Assembly (NCBI GenBank): GCA_951406725.2
Contig: OX597817.1
Coordinates: 6,820,001-6,884,000 of the forward strand
Reading direction: 5' to 3'
DNA length: 64,000 nt
DNA from: Octopus vulgaris
Taxonomy: Eukaryota
The translations under genes were made by a program, and so were the position numbers. The notes under the pieces are model-generated. The model did no database searches. It was not told where the DNA came from and saw only the letters and a program-made list of their open reading frames with translations. This document shows, piece by piece, positions 40,985 to 54,348 of this stretch (positions within the stretch are counted from its first letter, which is position 1; the number at the start of each line of letters is the position of its first letter).

Positions 40985-41559
40985 TACGTATGTATGTATG
41001 TATGTATTTATGTATGTATGTATTTATGTATTTATGTATGTATGTATGTATGTATGTATGTATGTATGTATGTATGTATGTATGTATGTATGTATGTATG
41101 TATGTATGTATGTTTGTATGTATGTATGTATGTGTGTGTGTGTGAGTGTGTGTGTGTGTGTGTGTAGCATTGGTTTGTTGGTAGCAAAAGAAAACAAGGC
41201 TACATGCCTTTATTGCAGGTAGGATTTTAACACAATCTCTATGTGTCTTCATTCCAAATAGAAGAGATATGACATCCACGGCTAGATAATTCAGAACTAA
41301 AAAAAAAACATTCGGCTCCGCGAAATATTTTGGGCGAGCCTCGACCACTGTGGTTGCCCTGACAACTTCGTGAAATTACTGCGGCACTTCCTTTATAATA
41401 TGGAAGTTTGTGTAAGTGTAGTCAGAATTATAACTAAGATCTTTTAGCTTAAAAAGTAATGGCGTCTAACGAGGTGATTTTGTTGCTCCAACGCTTTTCG
41501 CCATCCTCTTTACTAGTTCACTTGCACACATTTAGGAATTACGAACATCAGATCAGCTC

Positions 41560-42370
41560 TTCAACAGCCGGCGTTTTGCGGAAAAGTCCAAAACTATGGA
41601 GTTTCTGGTGCATCGTCTCTTCTATTCCGATGACTACCAGTTTGTGTGACACAACGCACAGGTGATGCAAAACGTGATGAATTGATTTTTCATGCTTCTG
41701 CAAGACATTTGGCCTTAGCATTAACCTTAACAAAACTGCAATGTACAAACATGCTTTTTGCGTGCCATACATTCAGCCAGCTCTCTATGACGAAGGGCCG
41801 AAACTGAAGGCGGCTGATAGGTTTACATCGTTGGGTAACATTATTTTTAAATGATGTGATCACTGCATGAATAAAAAGAAGGTTACTGATGCATTTGCCG
41901 CAGTGAAGGGTCCTGTCTGGTCCCAGAGAGGCTGCAAAACAACGCCAGCTTAGCAGTCTACAAGGGCTAACTGCTGACGTGCAATTTCTTTCGTGTGAAA
42001 CATAGGAATTATATTGCCGTCACATAATAACACTCTATCATTTTCCTCAGCAGTTTCAGGAATATTCTGGCCTTTCACTCAATGATTCATGCCTCTGACA
42101 CAATCGTTTTGTTTTAGAAAGAAGTAATGAAGTACATATTGAGGCCCACATCCGCGTTACAGCATATGCTGGCCTGGTCATTTTGTACGTCTTCATGACT
42201 GAAGATTCTCCAAACAAATGCAGGATGGTGAACTGTCCCAAGCCATTCGACCACAACATAAACCAAAAACTAGATTTAAATAAGCTTGAAAGAATCGTTT
42301 ATGAGATTTCATTACAGGATAGGGAAACCTGAAAGCAAACGTCCATCGCGGAGTTGGCACATCCCAGCGA
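41560..42370 (+). mobile_element. Decayed RTE-clade LINE fragment
   Basis: FCKTFGLSINLNKT and DRFTSLGNI (cf. FxYLGS) followed by RTE-like C-terminal remnants. Confidence 0.6.
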
Positions 42371-42374
42371 AGTA

Positions 42375-44354
42375 CAGATGAGTGTCCATGAATAAGGGGA
42401 TCCGCACGAACAGTAAAGTTCTTTGACTCTACAATTGTTCACCTTGTCTGAAGATTCAGTGGCGTAGATGTATGTCTTGCGCAAGTCTGGCGAGCAACCA
42501 GAGAAGCAAGGAAGTTGCAGTCTAGGGTGTTAGATAGCCAGATGTTAGGGGTGATGTGGTCACTGAAATGGTCTGCAAGCATGACTGAGTCTTCCTGCTT
42601 GTGTGGCATGGTGCAGAAACTTGTTGCCAGACATAAGGCCTTCCAGCAGCCACCCTCTTGATCCAGGGCAGCACCTTGACCCGAATTTTCGTCCGATGTT
42701 ACTTTGTCCAACGTCACTTCGTCCACGTCTTTTCGTCCGACGTCTTTTTGTCCAATTATTCTTTTGTCCAACGAATTTATGTCCAATTTTAAATAAACTC
42801 TTTAGAAAGCAAAGTGAACATGAAATCAAATAATCATTGAATATTTTATTGATAAGAATTAAGTAAATTTCTGTGGGAAAATGTGAAAAGTACAGGCAAA
42901 CGAGGTAGTTGTGAGCAAGTATTTTCTGTTAGCTGCGTAAACTTAGCCGCTATTATGCTACGCGAACTTGCTTCAATGTTTTTACCCCGCTTCATGCTTT
43001 ATTTTTACAACTGCTTTTCCAGCATTTAACGCATCTACATCAGCTAGATGAAGGTGATCACTAGAAAATAAAAAAAATTTCATTTCATTGTTTTCCGTTA
43101 CGGTGTGAATTCGCTCTGAACATAGCCTTCTTTTCTCACATCTCCAGTATTCTTTTCCTAGTTTTGTACTGCTTGAATGAAAATCGTAGATGTAGTTACT
43201 TTCATGAACTACTTTACTATTGTTTTTGGTCGATACTATGAACTTTGTCATTTTGGGATTGGTAAATTAAAAATGTGTGCACTAAATTTGCACTACTTTC
43301 TATACACAGCACCGTACTTACGAGAGAGAAGGTAAAAGAGGAAGTAAAACAGTTAACAGAGAAGGAAAAAGAACGATAATAACAATCCTATAACGAGGCT
43401 CGTTATAGTTCTGCGAATATATCGTTAGAGATATTTCACTTTCTTTTCCAAACAGTTGGACAAAAAAAAAATCATCGGACAAAAATATGTCGGACGAAAA
43501 AGACGTTGGCGAAGTGACTTTGGATGAAGTGACGCTAGACGAAAAGACATAGCACCGGGCAGCATTACATCTTCCACGCTCTTGATGTAGGTTCCGTGTT
43601 GAGTCTGAGGCCGTGTTGCAAGATGAATAGAGACATAACGTCACCATCCCTAGCGATTGCTCCAAACACCATTATGTTAACTGGATGTTTGATTTTTATC
43701 ACTCTTGGTACATGTTTTGGGGACATGACAAGCCAACAGTTGTTCTGTATGATCACCATCAGATCCTGAGAGAATATTTTTTCGTCTGAGAAAAATGAAA
43801 GCATGTTTGGTTCGATGGGTCGCTTGAGTTTGTTCAAAAGCTTGGTAGCGCGGTTTTTCCTCTTGTTGTTGATGGCTTGGTATAACCCTAACCCTAACCT
43901 TTTAGCTTCTTCTATGAGGAATACCGAATGTATTCATGTACTACCTGCCTGATGAGAAACTCAGATACTCTTATGTCCCTGGCGATGTACCTGATTGACT
44001 TGGAGGGATCGTTGTCAATCATGTCCTAGATCTCACCAAGAAATTCAGGAGTTCTTTTCTTATCAGAACGATCGGAGTGAGTTTTCCGAGCTGCCGTACC
44101 TTCGTAATTACCATTAGATTCATCCTATTATTCTGAAGCCTCTGTACTGTCCTATGATTAACACCCAAATACTCGTCGCGAATGCCAAGTAATACAGCAT
44201 TTCGTTTCCAAACTTTTAGCAAAGGGAATTTTATCATGGTGCTGTTTTTCTCACAGACGGTGCTCAACTGACCCTACCATACTGTGTAGTCTACAAAATC
44301 ATGCGCGAAATTAATGATATGAAATGTCTACTACAATATACCCATCGCAACCTG
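42375..44354 (-). mobile_element. maT/DD37D-type Tc1/mariner element, decayed and interrupted
   Basis: FFSDEKIF..KHPVNIMVFGAI..GDVM, then after the MULE insertion LPWIKRVAAGRPYVWQQVSAPCHTS..IWLSNTLDCN; TA|CAG ... CTG|TA ends, left end uncertain. Confidence 0.75.
42674..43556 (-). mobile_element. Non-autonomous MULE (Phantom-like) with FLYWCH domain and repeat-built ends
   Basis: 8-bp TSD GGGCAGCA (42666-73, 43557-64); ~15-bp TTTTCGTCCGACGTC-like units inverted at both ends; ORF 42982-43251 NYIY..KEYWRCEKRRLCSERIHT..HLH. Confidence 0.85.
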
Positions 44355-46499
44355 TATGTATGTGTGTGTTTGTGCGTGTGTGTGTGTGAGAGAGAGAGAG
44401 AGAGTTTACGTACATACAAACATATATATGATGTATCTAAATATCTATGTATGAGGTTATGGAATCTGTTTACCTTTAGATTGATTCTTTCACTGATGTT
44501 TTTTTTTTGTATTAGTGTAATATTATTATATTATCAAATAACGACTTTGTTTTTTGCAACTGTACAGGAGAGTTTGTTTACTGTGTGTCGCTAACTGTTA
44601 CAAAGTATGTGATGTAACTGTATTTTTTGTTTATTACCGTATGCAGCTGTGTATTTTGTGATTAATGCATGCTCATATGGGTATGTTCGTGCCAGTGTAT
44701 ATTGGATTTTTGTATGCGCATGAAAATTTGTGTTTGATATGCTTTTATATTGACAAATAATGAAAGACAGCTCACTATCTCAAAATTTTTTGTTTCCAAT
44801 TTTGAAGAGTGGAACTATATAGTGCTTTAGTTTTTTCTTCTGAAACGTAGTTGCTTCTGAGAGGAAAGTCTTCACACCACTTCTTGCATTTCTTTCTAAG
44901 TGGATCATGATTTGAAACTGATATATGTGTTGTTCCTTCAACACAGTGAATAGCACAAACTGGTACTTCACGGAATATATAGCAGAAAGAAAGTTGTTGA
45001 TGCAAATTCTCACAGAAGATTTCAATTGATTTGATGTCCCACCAGTATGGGGTCGATTGTCTAGACGATTATATGATAAATGTCATAAGGAATGCATCAT
45101 AGATGCTAAGTTAGGTGGTCATATTTTAGTAAATTTTTTCTGCCCTGCTTTTCCTAATATCCTCTAAATACGACAAAAGTATTCTCAGCCTAAGTTGATC
45201 TCACAATCTAGATATCATACTGGAAGCACAGAGGTACATAAAATATCACTACAAAACTAATACATGTCTATACGATTATATGGGAAACGTCATAAGGATA
45301 GCGCAAATGGATCTCCTTGAATAGCTGTAAACATGACTTTCGTTTTCTTCAGGTTTCTTGTAAAGAAGTTAGGCAATGGAGAAGGTGTCTAACATCTAAA
45401 GTTTTTGACTCAAGTGAGTCACAATATTTCAATCACAAGGTAGAGATTGTTATCTAGATTTATTTGTAATGATTCAGACTATATGGTTTATCTATTGAGA
45501 GATAGTGGATGAATATATTAAGATTACAGACCTGGAATGTAAGAGGACTCACGGCCGTAATGTATCTGCTCATATAACTTACTGTTTCATAACCTGGTCT
45601 CTAAGAAACAGTACGGACAAAGTCCTATATGTAAATGTGTAAGCAATCTACTTTTCCCACCGTTCTGAACGCGTCAAATTTTTCGTTACATCTGCAGTAA
45701 TTTCATAAGAAAGACGTTTTCTGAGCTTTTTGTTCTCTTGAAAAATATGCTGGTAAAGATCACACACACACACACACACACACATACACGCACACACACA
45801 CACATGCACACACTCGAAAAACTGTTGTGTTCGAAGATGAAGACTGCACAGGTATGGCTAGGTGATGTGTATGGATAAGGACAGCAGTGCAAAGAAATGC
45901 ATTTCGCTTAATGTGGTTAGAACATTCGAAAGGAGAAGACACAGAAATTTATGGTATAAAGCAGTAAAAGTTGGCCTGAGAACACTGAGCCAAAGGGATG
46001 ACAAAATACAAGAATATTTGGGGATATGAAGGTCTTAATAAGACCTCTTTGTCTATTCAACAAAACTATGTTCTGGAAGGGCTATACATTTTGTTCCCCG
46101 CCCGTTAAAATTACTCTCCTCTCTCACGCGTTATATCTGCTTCTTACCCCTACGCCCTGGCTTCACAGACTACCCAGCAATATCTCACTTGTCCTCCCCT
46201 CTGACGAATGTCTCATCTTTACTATACCTACTAATCGCCGCCTTCATTATTTAGCGCCCCTTTATCTACCCAGTTCAAAGTTCTTATTTTAGCCACCATC
46301 AAACCCTATACATTTTGGCATTCTGCCTACCTTCCACTCATTCATCTTCTTATACAATCTTGACAAACAAACAAATATTCAGCTTGACTTCTCCCTTAGT
46401 ATCCCATTGCCCCCACTCGAATGAACCTGGCCCACAACCTTCTCCATGGCTCAGAGTCCTGCGAATTGCATGGCGACCGTAATAGTGCAGCTGCACTAG

Positions 46500-46685
46500 A
46501 AAATGCACCCAGTCTACACTGTATAATATTTAGCATTTGGAAAAGCATCTGGCTGTAAAGAAAAAAAACATGCCAAAGCAGACGCTGGAGATTGATTCAG
46601 TCCTTGGGCATTTCAGACCCTGTCAAACCGTCGAACCCATGCCAGGATTTTGGTCATGGACATTAAATGACGGTGATGATGATCA
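46500..46685 (+). mobile_element. RTE-type 3' end / RTE-tailed repeat
   Basis: ..CCTGTCAAACCGTCGAACCCATGCCAG..GGACATTAAATGACGGTGATGATGAT; family recalled from memory. Confidence 0.55.
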
Positions 46686-47217
46686 TATAACATATATGTT
46701 AAAGTAATATTCTAACCCCCAACCCCCACTAACAATAAAAAAAGGATGGTAATAGTGCAACTTATACATATAATATCTGGAAGCAGAATGTTTTTCCTGA
46801 TCTAATAGCAGAATTCAATCCCAAAAGACACTAAGGTAAGAAGAGATCTTCCGTAAATGAAAACAATATCAGACATTGAAATAGAATTCTCAAACGAAAG
46901 AATGCAACATAAGAAAAATAGAAAATACAAAAGAAAATTCCAAAATAGAAAGAATAAGATTACAAATATTAGAGTTATAAATTTTTCAGTGCGCAATGTA
47001 ATCCACAAAGATATACTTATCACATGTTAAATAAACAATATACATAACAAAATTCAACAAAGTCAAAACTTAGCGTATCAAGAATAACCAAGAACAGAAA
47101 TGAAAACTTGCACAAAAGGTAATATGATAAAGATTTGAGAATAGAAAATTCTAAAGATGGAATTTCTGAATCTGACAGTAGACTAAAGCTAGAAATAGTT
47201 CAAGAATTAAAACTGAT

Positions 47218-47291
<74 letters not shown>

Positions 47292-48399
47292 TCCCCGACT
47301 AAAGTTAATAGTAGTAGCTAATAATATCTCATCCCTGGCCATGGTAGATTAATGAAAGCAAAGGTGAACATCAATATTCGGGTTTATGGCAAATACGAAG
47401 CAGTCACAATAACATAGTATTTGCTTCCCTCTATATACGCTTATAGTAACACTCACGCTATCCAGAAAACAAACATGTGGAATATACTAGGAAATAAAAG
47501 GAAAATATAATAGTTTCTTAATGCTAAATGATACGCAATACGGAAAGATATGTAAAGCTACTACAGTTCAACTACTATGGTGCAACTACTACAGAAGAAA
47601 TATGTGTCGTATCTCAGGTCAAAGAATTCCTGAAACGATATTTCCTAGCTAAATTACAATGTTTTTTTTAAATATCCTACCAGAAAAAGAAGAGAAGTGT
47701 CCATGGCTCTCAACTTGGTCCCTGAATTTTATGAAAAAAAGGGTCGGAGTCATATCCAGATCGGAGAAAATGTCAAAGGTAGTCTTAATACAACGATTAC
47801 CAAATCCGGAAAGGATTATTTCAAAAGCGAACATTTTATTCCAACCCAAAATGATTTTATCGAAAGCGAGGTGGTAATGTAATAAAAAGCTATGCAATGC
47901 TAAAATCACAGAAAGTCGATGAATTATGGGATGGAATGCGAACAGCAAAAATATCGACATTAATTGGATTGTTCAAAATAACACTCGTGTAAGTTACATC
48001 AAATCGCGAACTCAACAATTAATTATATCTAATATACGACAACAAATGAACAATTAAAAGCCAAAATGTAACGACAGCTAAAGTTAACTAGGATATATAT
48101 TACAGGTATACATAAATAGGACAAATGTATTTAAAGATGTGCGAATTTAAAAGACAGAAATAAACACGCAGTTTACCCCTACGTCCAATGAAACATCAGA
48201 CACTACAGAACAATACTCCACCATTTTACAGTAAAGAAACAATATCACGAAGTGGAAATTATTTGGAGAAAAGTAAACTCATTTTCAGGAGGACATTGGG
48301 AATGCTTCGAATTATAATATGGTAGTAGTAATAAATTTGTCATCAACTCATACCTACAAACCTCACATAAATATTGATTTCAAATTTTGTGACATAGCC

Positions 48400-48582
48400 A
48401 GCAAGTTTGAGAGAGAGGGTAAGTCGTTTACATCGACCCAAGTGCTCAACTGTTATGTGTTTTATCAATTTCGAAAGTATGAAAAGCCAAGTTGACCTCG
48501 GCGGAATTTGAACACAGGGGGTAAAAACGAACGAAATGCCGCTAAGCATTTTACCTGACATGCTAACAATCTGCCAGCTCAT
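48400..48582 (-). mobile_element. Nin-domain tRNA SINE
   Basis: GACCTCGGCGGAATTTGAAC..GCTAAGCATTTT..CTGCCAGCTC matches the other copies. Confidence 0.8.
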
Positions 48583-48969
48583 TACTTAAACTTGATACGA
48601 ATACCAGCCTTAATGTTTATGCGGGATTTTTTTCACTTTAGAACCGGGAACAGCTACGTGTGCTTTACTACATGCAATATTTTTCTTTCTATTTCACTAA
48701 ATTATTCTAAGCAGTTTCTGTGCAACACACATTAAGAGAATTCTTGTGGATTGTATATATGTGGAAGTTTCGGGTAAATACACTTTTGGAGGAGAATGTT
48801 TTTTACCAGCAATCTGTAAGGTCACTCAAATAATAAGCAAGTATATCAAACATGAAATGAATAAGTTGCAAGCAAATCTGGCTGTATTGGCTATTATCAG
48901 TGATAATGATGAACCCATAGCAAAACCTTCGTACCGTCAATACATATCAGTGTCCATACCGAAGTAGGT

Positions 48970-50540
48970 ACGGAGCTGATATTAGACTTCCATGGAGAAA
49001 TATAGAGAAACTCCATCAAAAATTAGCTCGTCTTTCAAACCATCTAACTTTCATGTGTAGATGTGACAAAGCTAATACCACCTGGCTCGAATGTAATGAC
49101 ACAAGTGGATTCATATAAAGGTAGAAGAGTAGTGAAAAGGGCAGGACATGCCCTCGTCCGTGAGAGGATCCATTACAACCGTTGGAAAAAACATCAACTA
49201 AATAACAAAATCAAAGAGAGATTATCTTCATTACTTAGAAAAATAACCGGAAATGATGACAGAAAGAGACTCTAACAAGATCTAGAAAAGCCGTACATGA
49301 AAGAATTTAAAATGGTGATGACACGCCAGATTAAGAAGTTTATTAAACTCAGAGGTCAGAGAATGAAGATTGAAGTCCGTCACCCACCTGTGAAAGAAGT
49401 AATTAATGTAAGTAGCCAACATCTAGAAAGCTCTGAAGAAGCAGTACTAAACAAATGTATCAACTTTACGACAACCATCACGCGCATTCTATACTTGGAC
49501 ATAACGACCCCTATTGAAGTGATAGCCATAAAGATACCAAAAGCTCAGGGAAATGAACTAATGTAGAAAGTGAGACCGATACTAGAAAAAGCGAAACTTC
49601 CCAAACCAAACATCACTAAAGAAGAAAAGTTCGCTATTAAAAGACTACAGAGTGACAATTCCATCATAATACTTCCAGCAGACAAGGGAAATGCTACAGT
49701 AGTGATGAACAAGTCTGACTACTATGGAAAATTGGCAAGTCTTATAAGTGATGGTAACTACAGCAAAGTAAAGAAAGACCCTACTTTGAAAACAGAGAGG
49801 AAGTTGTCACAAACCTTGATCAAAAACAAGGATCACTTTACACCAATGAAGTACAGACAACTGACTCAACACTACAGTAAACTACCAGACATGTAAGATC
49901 TTCCTAAGATTCACAAGGATGGTATTCCATTAAGACCTATAGAGAGCTGTAGAGGTTCAGCATGTTATCCACTGAGCCGCTTCCTTGTGGATATAATCAA
50001 TCCATTAGCAAGAAAGTCATCATCGTACGTGAAGAATTCAACCCACTTCACAGAATTGATCAAGGATACCCCCCAATGAATCCAACCAGATGGTGGGTCT
50101 AGATGTGATACGTCTATTCACCAATGTCCTAAATGGTGGAACACTATCGGTTATTCAAGAAAAACTAGTGACAGACACCCATCTAAACGAACGCACTAGT
50201 ATACCAATAAGAAACTTGATGGAAATGTTGAACTTCTGTGTAGAAACCACATACTTCACTATGGACACTGATATATATCGATAAGGAAAGAGTTTAGCTA
50301 TGGGTTCGTTATTATCACCGATAATAGCCAATATATACATGGAATACTTTGAGAAATTGGCTTTTGGTTCAACACCACAAAAACCAACCCCATGGCTGCG
50401 ATATGATGATGAAACCTTCATACTCTGGCGCCACAAGGAAGATGTCCAAGTGCTGTTAGATCATGTGAACTGAATAAAGTCATCCACACAATCACAACGG
50501 AAAAAGAAATAGACAATCACCTAGCATTCCTAGACGTAAA
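48970..50540 (+). mobile_element. Penelope/Poseidon-type PLE reverse transcriptase pseudogene
   Basis: ILPADKGNATVVMNKSDY, LPKIHKDGIPLRPI, VKNS, LDVIRLFTNV, AMGSLLSPIIANIYMEYFE, WLRYDDETF, FLDV; several stops. Confidence 0.92.
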
Positions 50541-51449
50541 ATTTCAAATAACGTACGTAATTCCTCATCTGTTAAATATAGAACTGTTGTATCAAATTCT
50601 GTTGAGAAAAACCTCAAAAGTGAAGACAATGAAATCTTGTTAGAATCTTGGTAAAATAAACAATGCTAAAGGCAACTTAAAATATAATAAAATCAAAAGA
50701 GTACATGTTTCAGTGATAAGATACATTTATAATATTGTCAACTAGAATTGAATTAAGAATACTAGACAGGAACAAGAAAAGTTACCACTACTTTCAGAAT
50801 CTACCGTCAAAATGCTAACATAGACATATTTAGAACTAAAAGAAGTTTAAACTTTACCACGGGGGAAATGCTCTGCCCAAACGAGAGAACACATTCATTA
50901 ACTTAACAAATATATATTTAACACTGACGAACTCACACTCCTAATCCTCGATACTTCCACCTGTAACATAAATATGACCACGAAAATCGGAAATCGTAAT
51001 CAAAATGCCAAAAATTAAAATGGAAATCGTAAACAAAATACCAAAAATTAAAGCAAATAAAGAGGACAAAACATCATAAACGTCGACAACTCATCTATAA
51101 GCCTATTTCGCGGCGATTGTACTACAAATTGAGTAAAAAAATCTCAAATATTAAAAGCTATCTAAACCACTATATAACTTAAAAGATAACGCTGGCATCA
51201 GAAGAAATTGTGAGACTGACAGGAGTCCTATATATAATAAAAGGCGAATATAATGTAAATATTATAATTACCGAGACACAAAAACAAATTTACTAAGATC
51301 AGAAAAAACAACAGAGAAACAAAGATATAATTAAACAAACAAATTACAGCGTTAAATGAATGTACAAGTAAGATGTCTTCACTTTCTCTCGTGTACATAT
51401 ATCTGACAGTAAAAAGGGGCAAAAAAAAAGTCCTTCAGATTCATCATGG

Positions 51450-51660
51450 TTTGAAATTTTGATATCAGGCTAGAAATTTCGGGAAAGAGAGTAAATCGAT
51501 TTCATCGACTTCAGTGTTTAAATGGTACTTCTTTTATCGACCCCAAGGTGTTGAAAGACAAACTCAACCTCAGTGGAATTTGAACTCAGAACATAAAGTC
51601 AGACAAAATTCCGTTAAACATTTTGCCCGGCGTGTATCGATTCTGCCTGCTTGCCGCCTT
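51450..51660 (-). mobile_element. Nin-domain tRNA SINE
   Basis: Reverse-strand match to 53468-53683. Confidence 0.8.
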
Positions 51661-52299
51661 CGATCATATTCATATTAACCAAATAAGGTACTCTTGCACA
51701 TTAAACTGCCAGGCACACAAGTAGTATATTGGAAGCATACACATAATTAAAAATTAACAAAAGGAAATTTGAGTAAAAGCTTACTCTGAGTAACGTCTTC
51801 TATGGTAGAAAAGTTTGAAATCCTAAGAGAGGACGTAAATAGTCTTAAATAAGATCATCTGTGCTAGCAGCAAACTTACTAAATAAATTTCAATTCTCAC
51901 AATTCTACAACTGAAGTACTTTTTCACTCGCCTCCAGCTTTTTTACAGAGATATGCAAACGGAATGGTCGTGATTACTCCCTTAGGACCTACGATTCTGA
52001 CATCCTACCTAACTACAATAAGCAAGAGAGTACTGTTAAACTATAAATTGGTATTATACATGAGACACGTAGCTGACAAACCATTAGCAATAGATACAGT
52101 AAAGGATGTTGGGACGCCTAAAAATGGCCAAGAAAATAAATCTGTTTTAAGATTTAACATTTAGAATTATACAAATGAAAACCCAAATTGGAGATAAACA
52201 CGTACATACACACATGCCCACACACACGTGTGTGAGTGTGTGCATGTGTCTGTGTGTGCGTGTGCGTGTGGAGGGGGTGTACACATATATCCATTACAT

Positions 52300-52695
52300 T
52301 AAAAACAAGGAATACTGGTAAAACACTCCAATAAGAGCAATAATTCTGTGCAAGCATAACAGAGCTCATAGCCTTCTGTGGGAGAAGCAACAAAACCCAA
52401 GAAATTTTATAAAGGTCACCTGATCAGCGGACATAAATGTAGAATCAAAAGTCCGGGAAAAGAGAATATCTATGGGGAATTAATGCAGAAATTGCAGATC
52501 TTGTACCCTGACTGGAAATTATCATTTTTACCCATCATCATACGTGCATAAGATTAAGTACCTATAAATTTACGCAAAGCCATAAAATTACTAGATTTGT
52601 TTAGGAGACAGCAAACGAGACTAAGACAGAAATCTCCAATTGAAATTTATTAGAGGCACAGTAAACAGCTGTAAAGCATTCTAAAGATTCTCTAT
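52300..52695 (+). mobile_element. R4/Dong-type RLE endonuclease remnant
   Basis: EYW*NTPI..CKHNRA..LWE and LMQKLQILYPDWKLSFLPIII. Confidence 0.55.
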
Positions 52696-52711
52696 CAGAG
52701 ATTCTCTAGAT

Positions 52712-52930
52712 CAGCGGTTTTCAACCAGGGTTCCGCGGAACCTTAGGGTTCCGCCAGTACAGTCCAGGTATTCCGCAAGAAGTTACAAAACTGCTAAAAT
52801 CGGCAGTAATTTTTAATTCTCCTGTGCAGATATGTGTGCATAAAACTATTAAATTATTGTACAGGGGTTCCTCGAGTCAGTGGAATGTTTCCTTGGGGTT
52901 CCGCTCCAGCAAAAAGTTTGAAAAGCACTG
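52712..52930. mobile_element. hAT (Charlie-like) MITE, 219 bp
   Basis: TIRs CAGCGGTTTTCAACC / TTTGAAAAGCACTG; perfect 8-bp TSD CTCTAGAT (52704-11, 52931-38); internal GGTTCCGC subterminal repeats. Confidence 0.92.
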
Positions 52931-53128
52931 CTCTAGATGAATAGATGCACACAGCCTGGTATGTGCATCAACGGCTCAACCACATATTTATAGAAACCAG
53001 GAACTCTCTTAACTCAAACAGCTTAGTCGCTTTGTTAGCGTCCATTTTGACTTTCTAAAGAAGAACTTAAAACTTAAAGAAAAATCGTACTTACATAAAT
53101 ATGTATATATATATATGTGTGTATGTGC

Positions 53129-53197
<69 letters not shown>

Positions 53198-53467
53198 AGA
53201 TATCATTAAGACCATTGATATTGACATAACGTAATATAACGTCCGGGCTGCTGACTCAGTAGAATCTCAAGCCAAATATTGTCTAGTCTTTTGAAAACGG
53301 AAGCTTTTCATTATTGCATTTTAACAACACTATATCGGTGAACCAGACATAAAATAGTTATAGAAAACTTCCATTATCTAATTCCTCGTTCAGTGCAGTC
53401 TTTGGCCCGAACAGAGACATGGAAGTAATTGAGAATTTGTTACAAGAAAATGGTACCTTATATTTGA

Positions 53468-53683
53468 GGTGAGCTGGCGGAAACGTTAGCACGCCGGGCG
53501 AAATGCGTAGCCGTATTTCGTCTGCCGCTACGTTCTGAGTTCAAAGCCGAGGTCGACTTTGCCTTTCATCCTTTCGGGGTCGATTAAGTAAGTACCAGTT
53601 ACGCACTGGGGTCGATATAATCGACTTAATCCGTTTGTCTGTACTTGTTTGTCCCCTCTATGTTTAGCCCCTTGTGGGTAGTA
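53468..53683 (+). mobile_element. Young Nin-domain tRNA SINE with 24-bp flanking direct repeat
   Basis: GGTGAGCTGGCGG head, GCCTTTCATCCTTTCGGGGTCGAT..AGTACCAG (Nin/Deu-like domain); flanks AAGAAAATGGTACCTTATATTTGA. Confidence 0.9.
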
Positions 53684-54128
53684 AAGAAAATGGTACCTTA
53701 TATTTGAAGTATACTTTTTACTTCGTTCTGCTGAAACAGGTTTCATTATAACAACTGGTAATCATTTGTTTGCAGCAGATTGAAAGGTATTTCTGCTTTA
53801 GACTGTCATAAACACATCATACCCGACTTTCTAGCTTGTATTTTTATTATTTGTACTCCCGACCAAATTCGGTAATTAGTGGATGTTTGATGAATAGAAG
53901 TATTATATATTTAATTTTTTTGTTTTATCCGTTTTCGTTGCTTTAGGCTGAAAACATGAATAATGATTCAATATATAATCGCCTGCACTTATGTGCAAAT
54001 CAACACATGACTGAAGTGTATATTCTTCATACAATCACATTTACTTTGATAAAATATTTTTTTATGTCAAATCAAAACATCATAATCTTCATATCTGAGT
54101 AGACAGTGTATAATTTATTGAACATAAT

Positions 54129-54348
54129 TATTATTTTTCTGTTATAGGCACAAAGTCTGAAATTTGGGGGATGGGGATAATCGATTACATCGACCTCAGT
54201 ATGCAACTGGTACTTATTTCATCGATCCCGAAAGGATGAAGGATTAAGTCGAACTCGGTGGAATTTGAGCACAGAATTCAAAGGCGGACGAAGTGCTGCT
54301 AAGCATTTTGTTTGGCGTGGTAATGATTCTGCCAGCTCGCTGCCTTAC
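54129..54348 (-). mobile_element. Nin-domain tRNA SINE with 17-bp TSD
   Basis: AATTTATTGAACATAAT at 54112-28 and 54349-65. Confidence 0.85.

Noticed and set aside
42680-42780. Regularly spaced short repeats as a CRISPR-like array
   Set aside because: Contiguous ~15-bp units without unique spacers, mirrored at the other end of a TSD-bounded MULE; eukaryotic context
44760-45300. piggyBac-like Cys-rich tail (RKKCKKWC) and a short duplicated block
   Set aside because: Too decayed; no TTAA/TIR boundary identified
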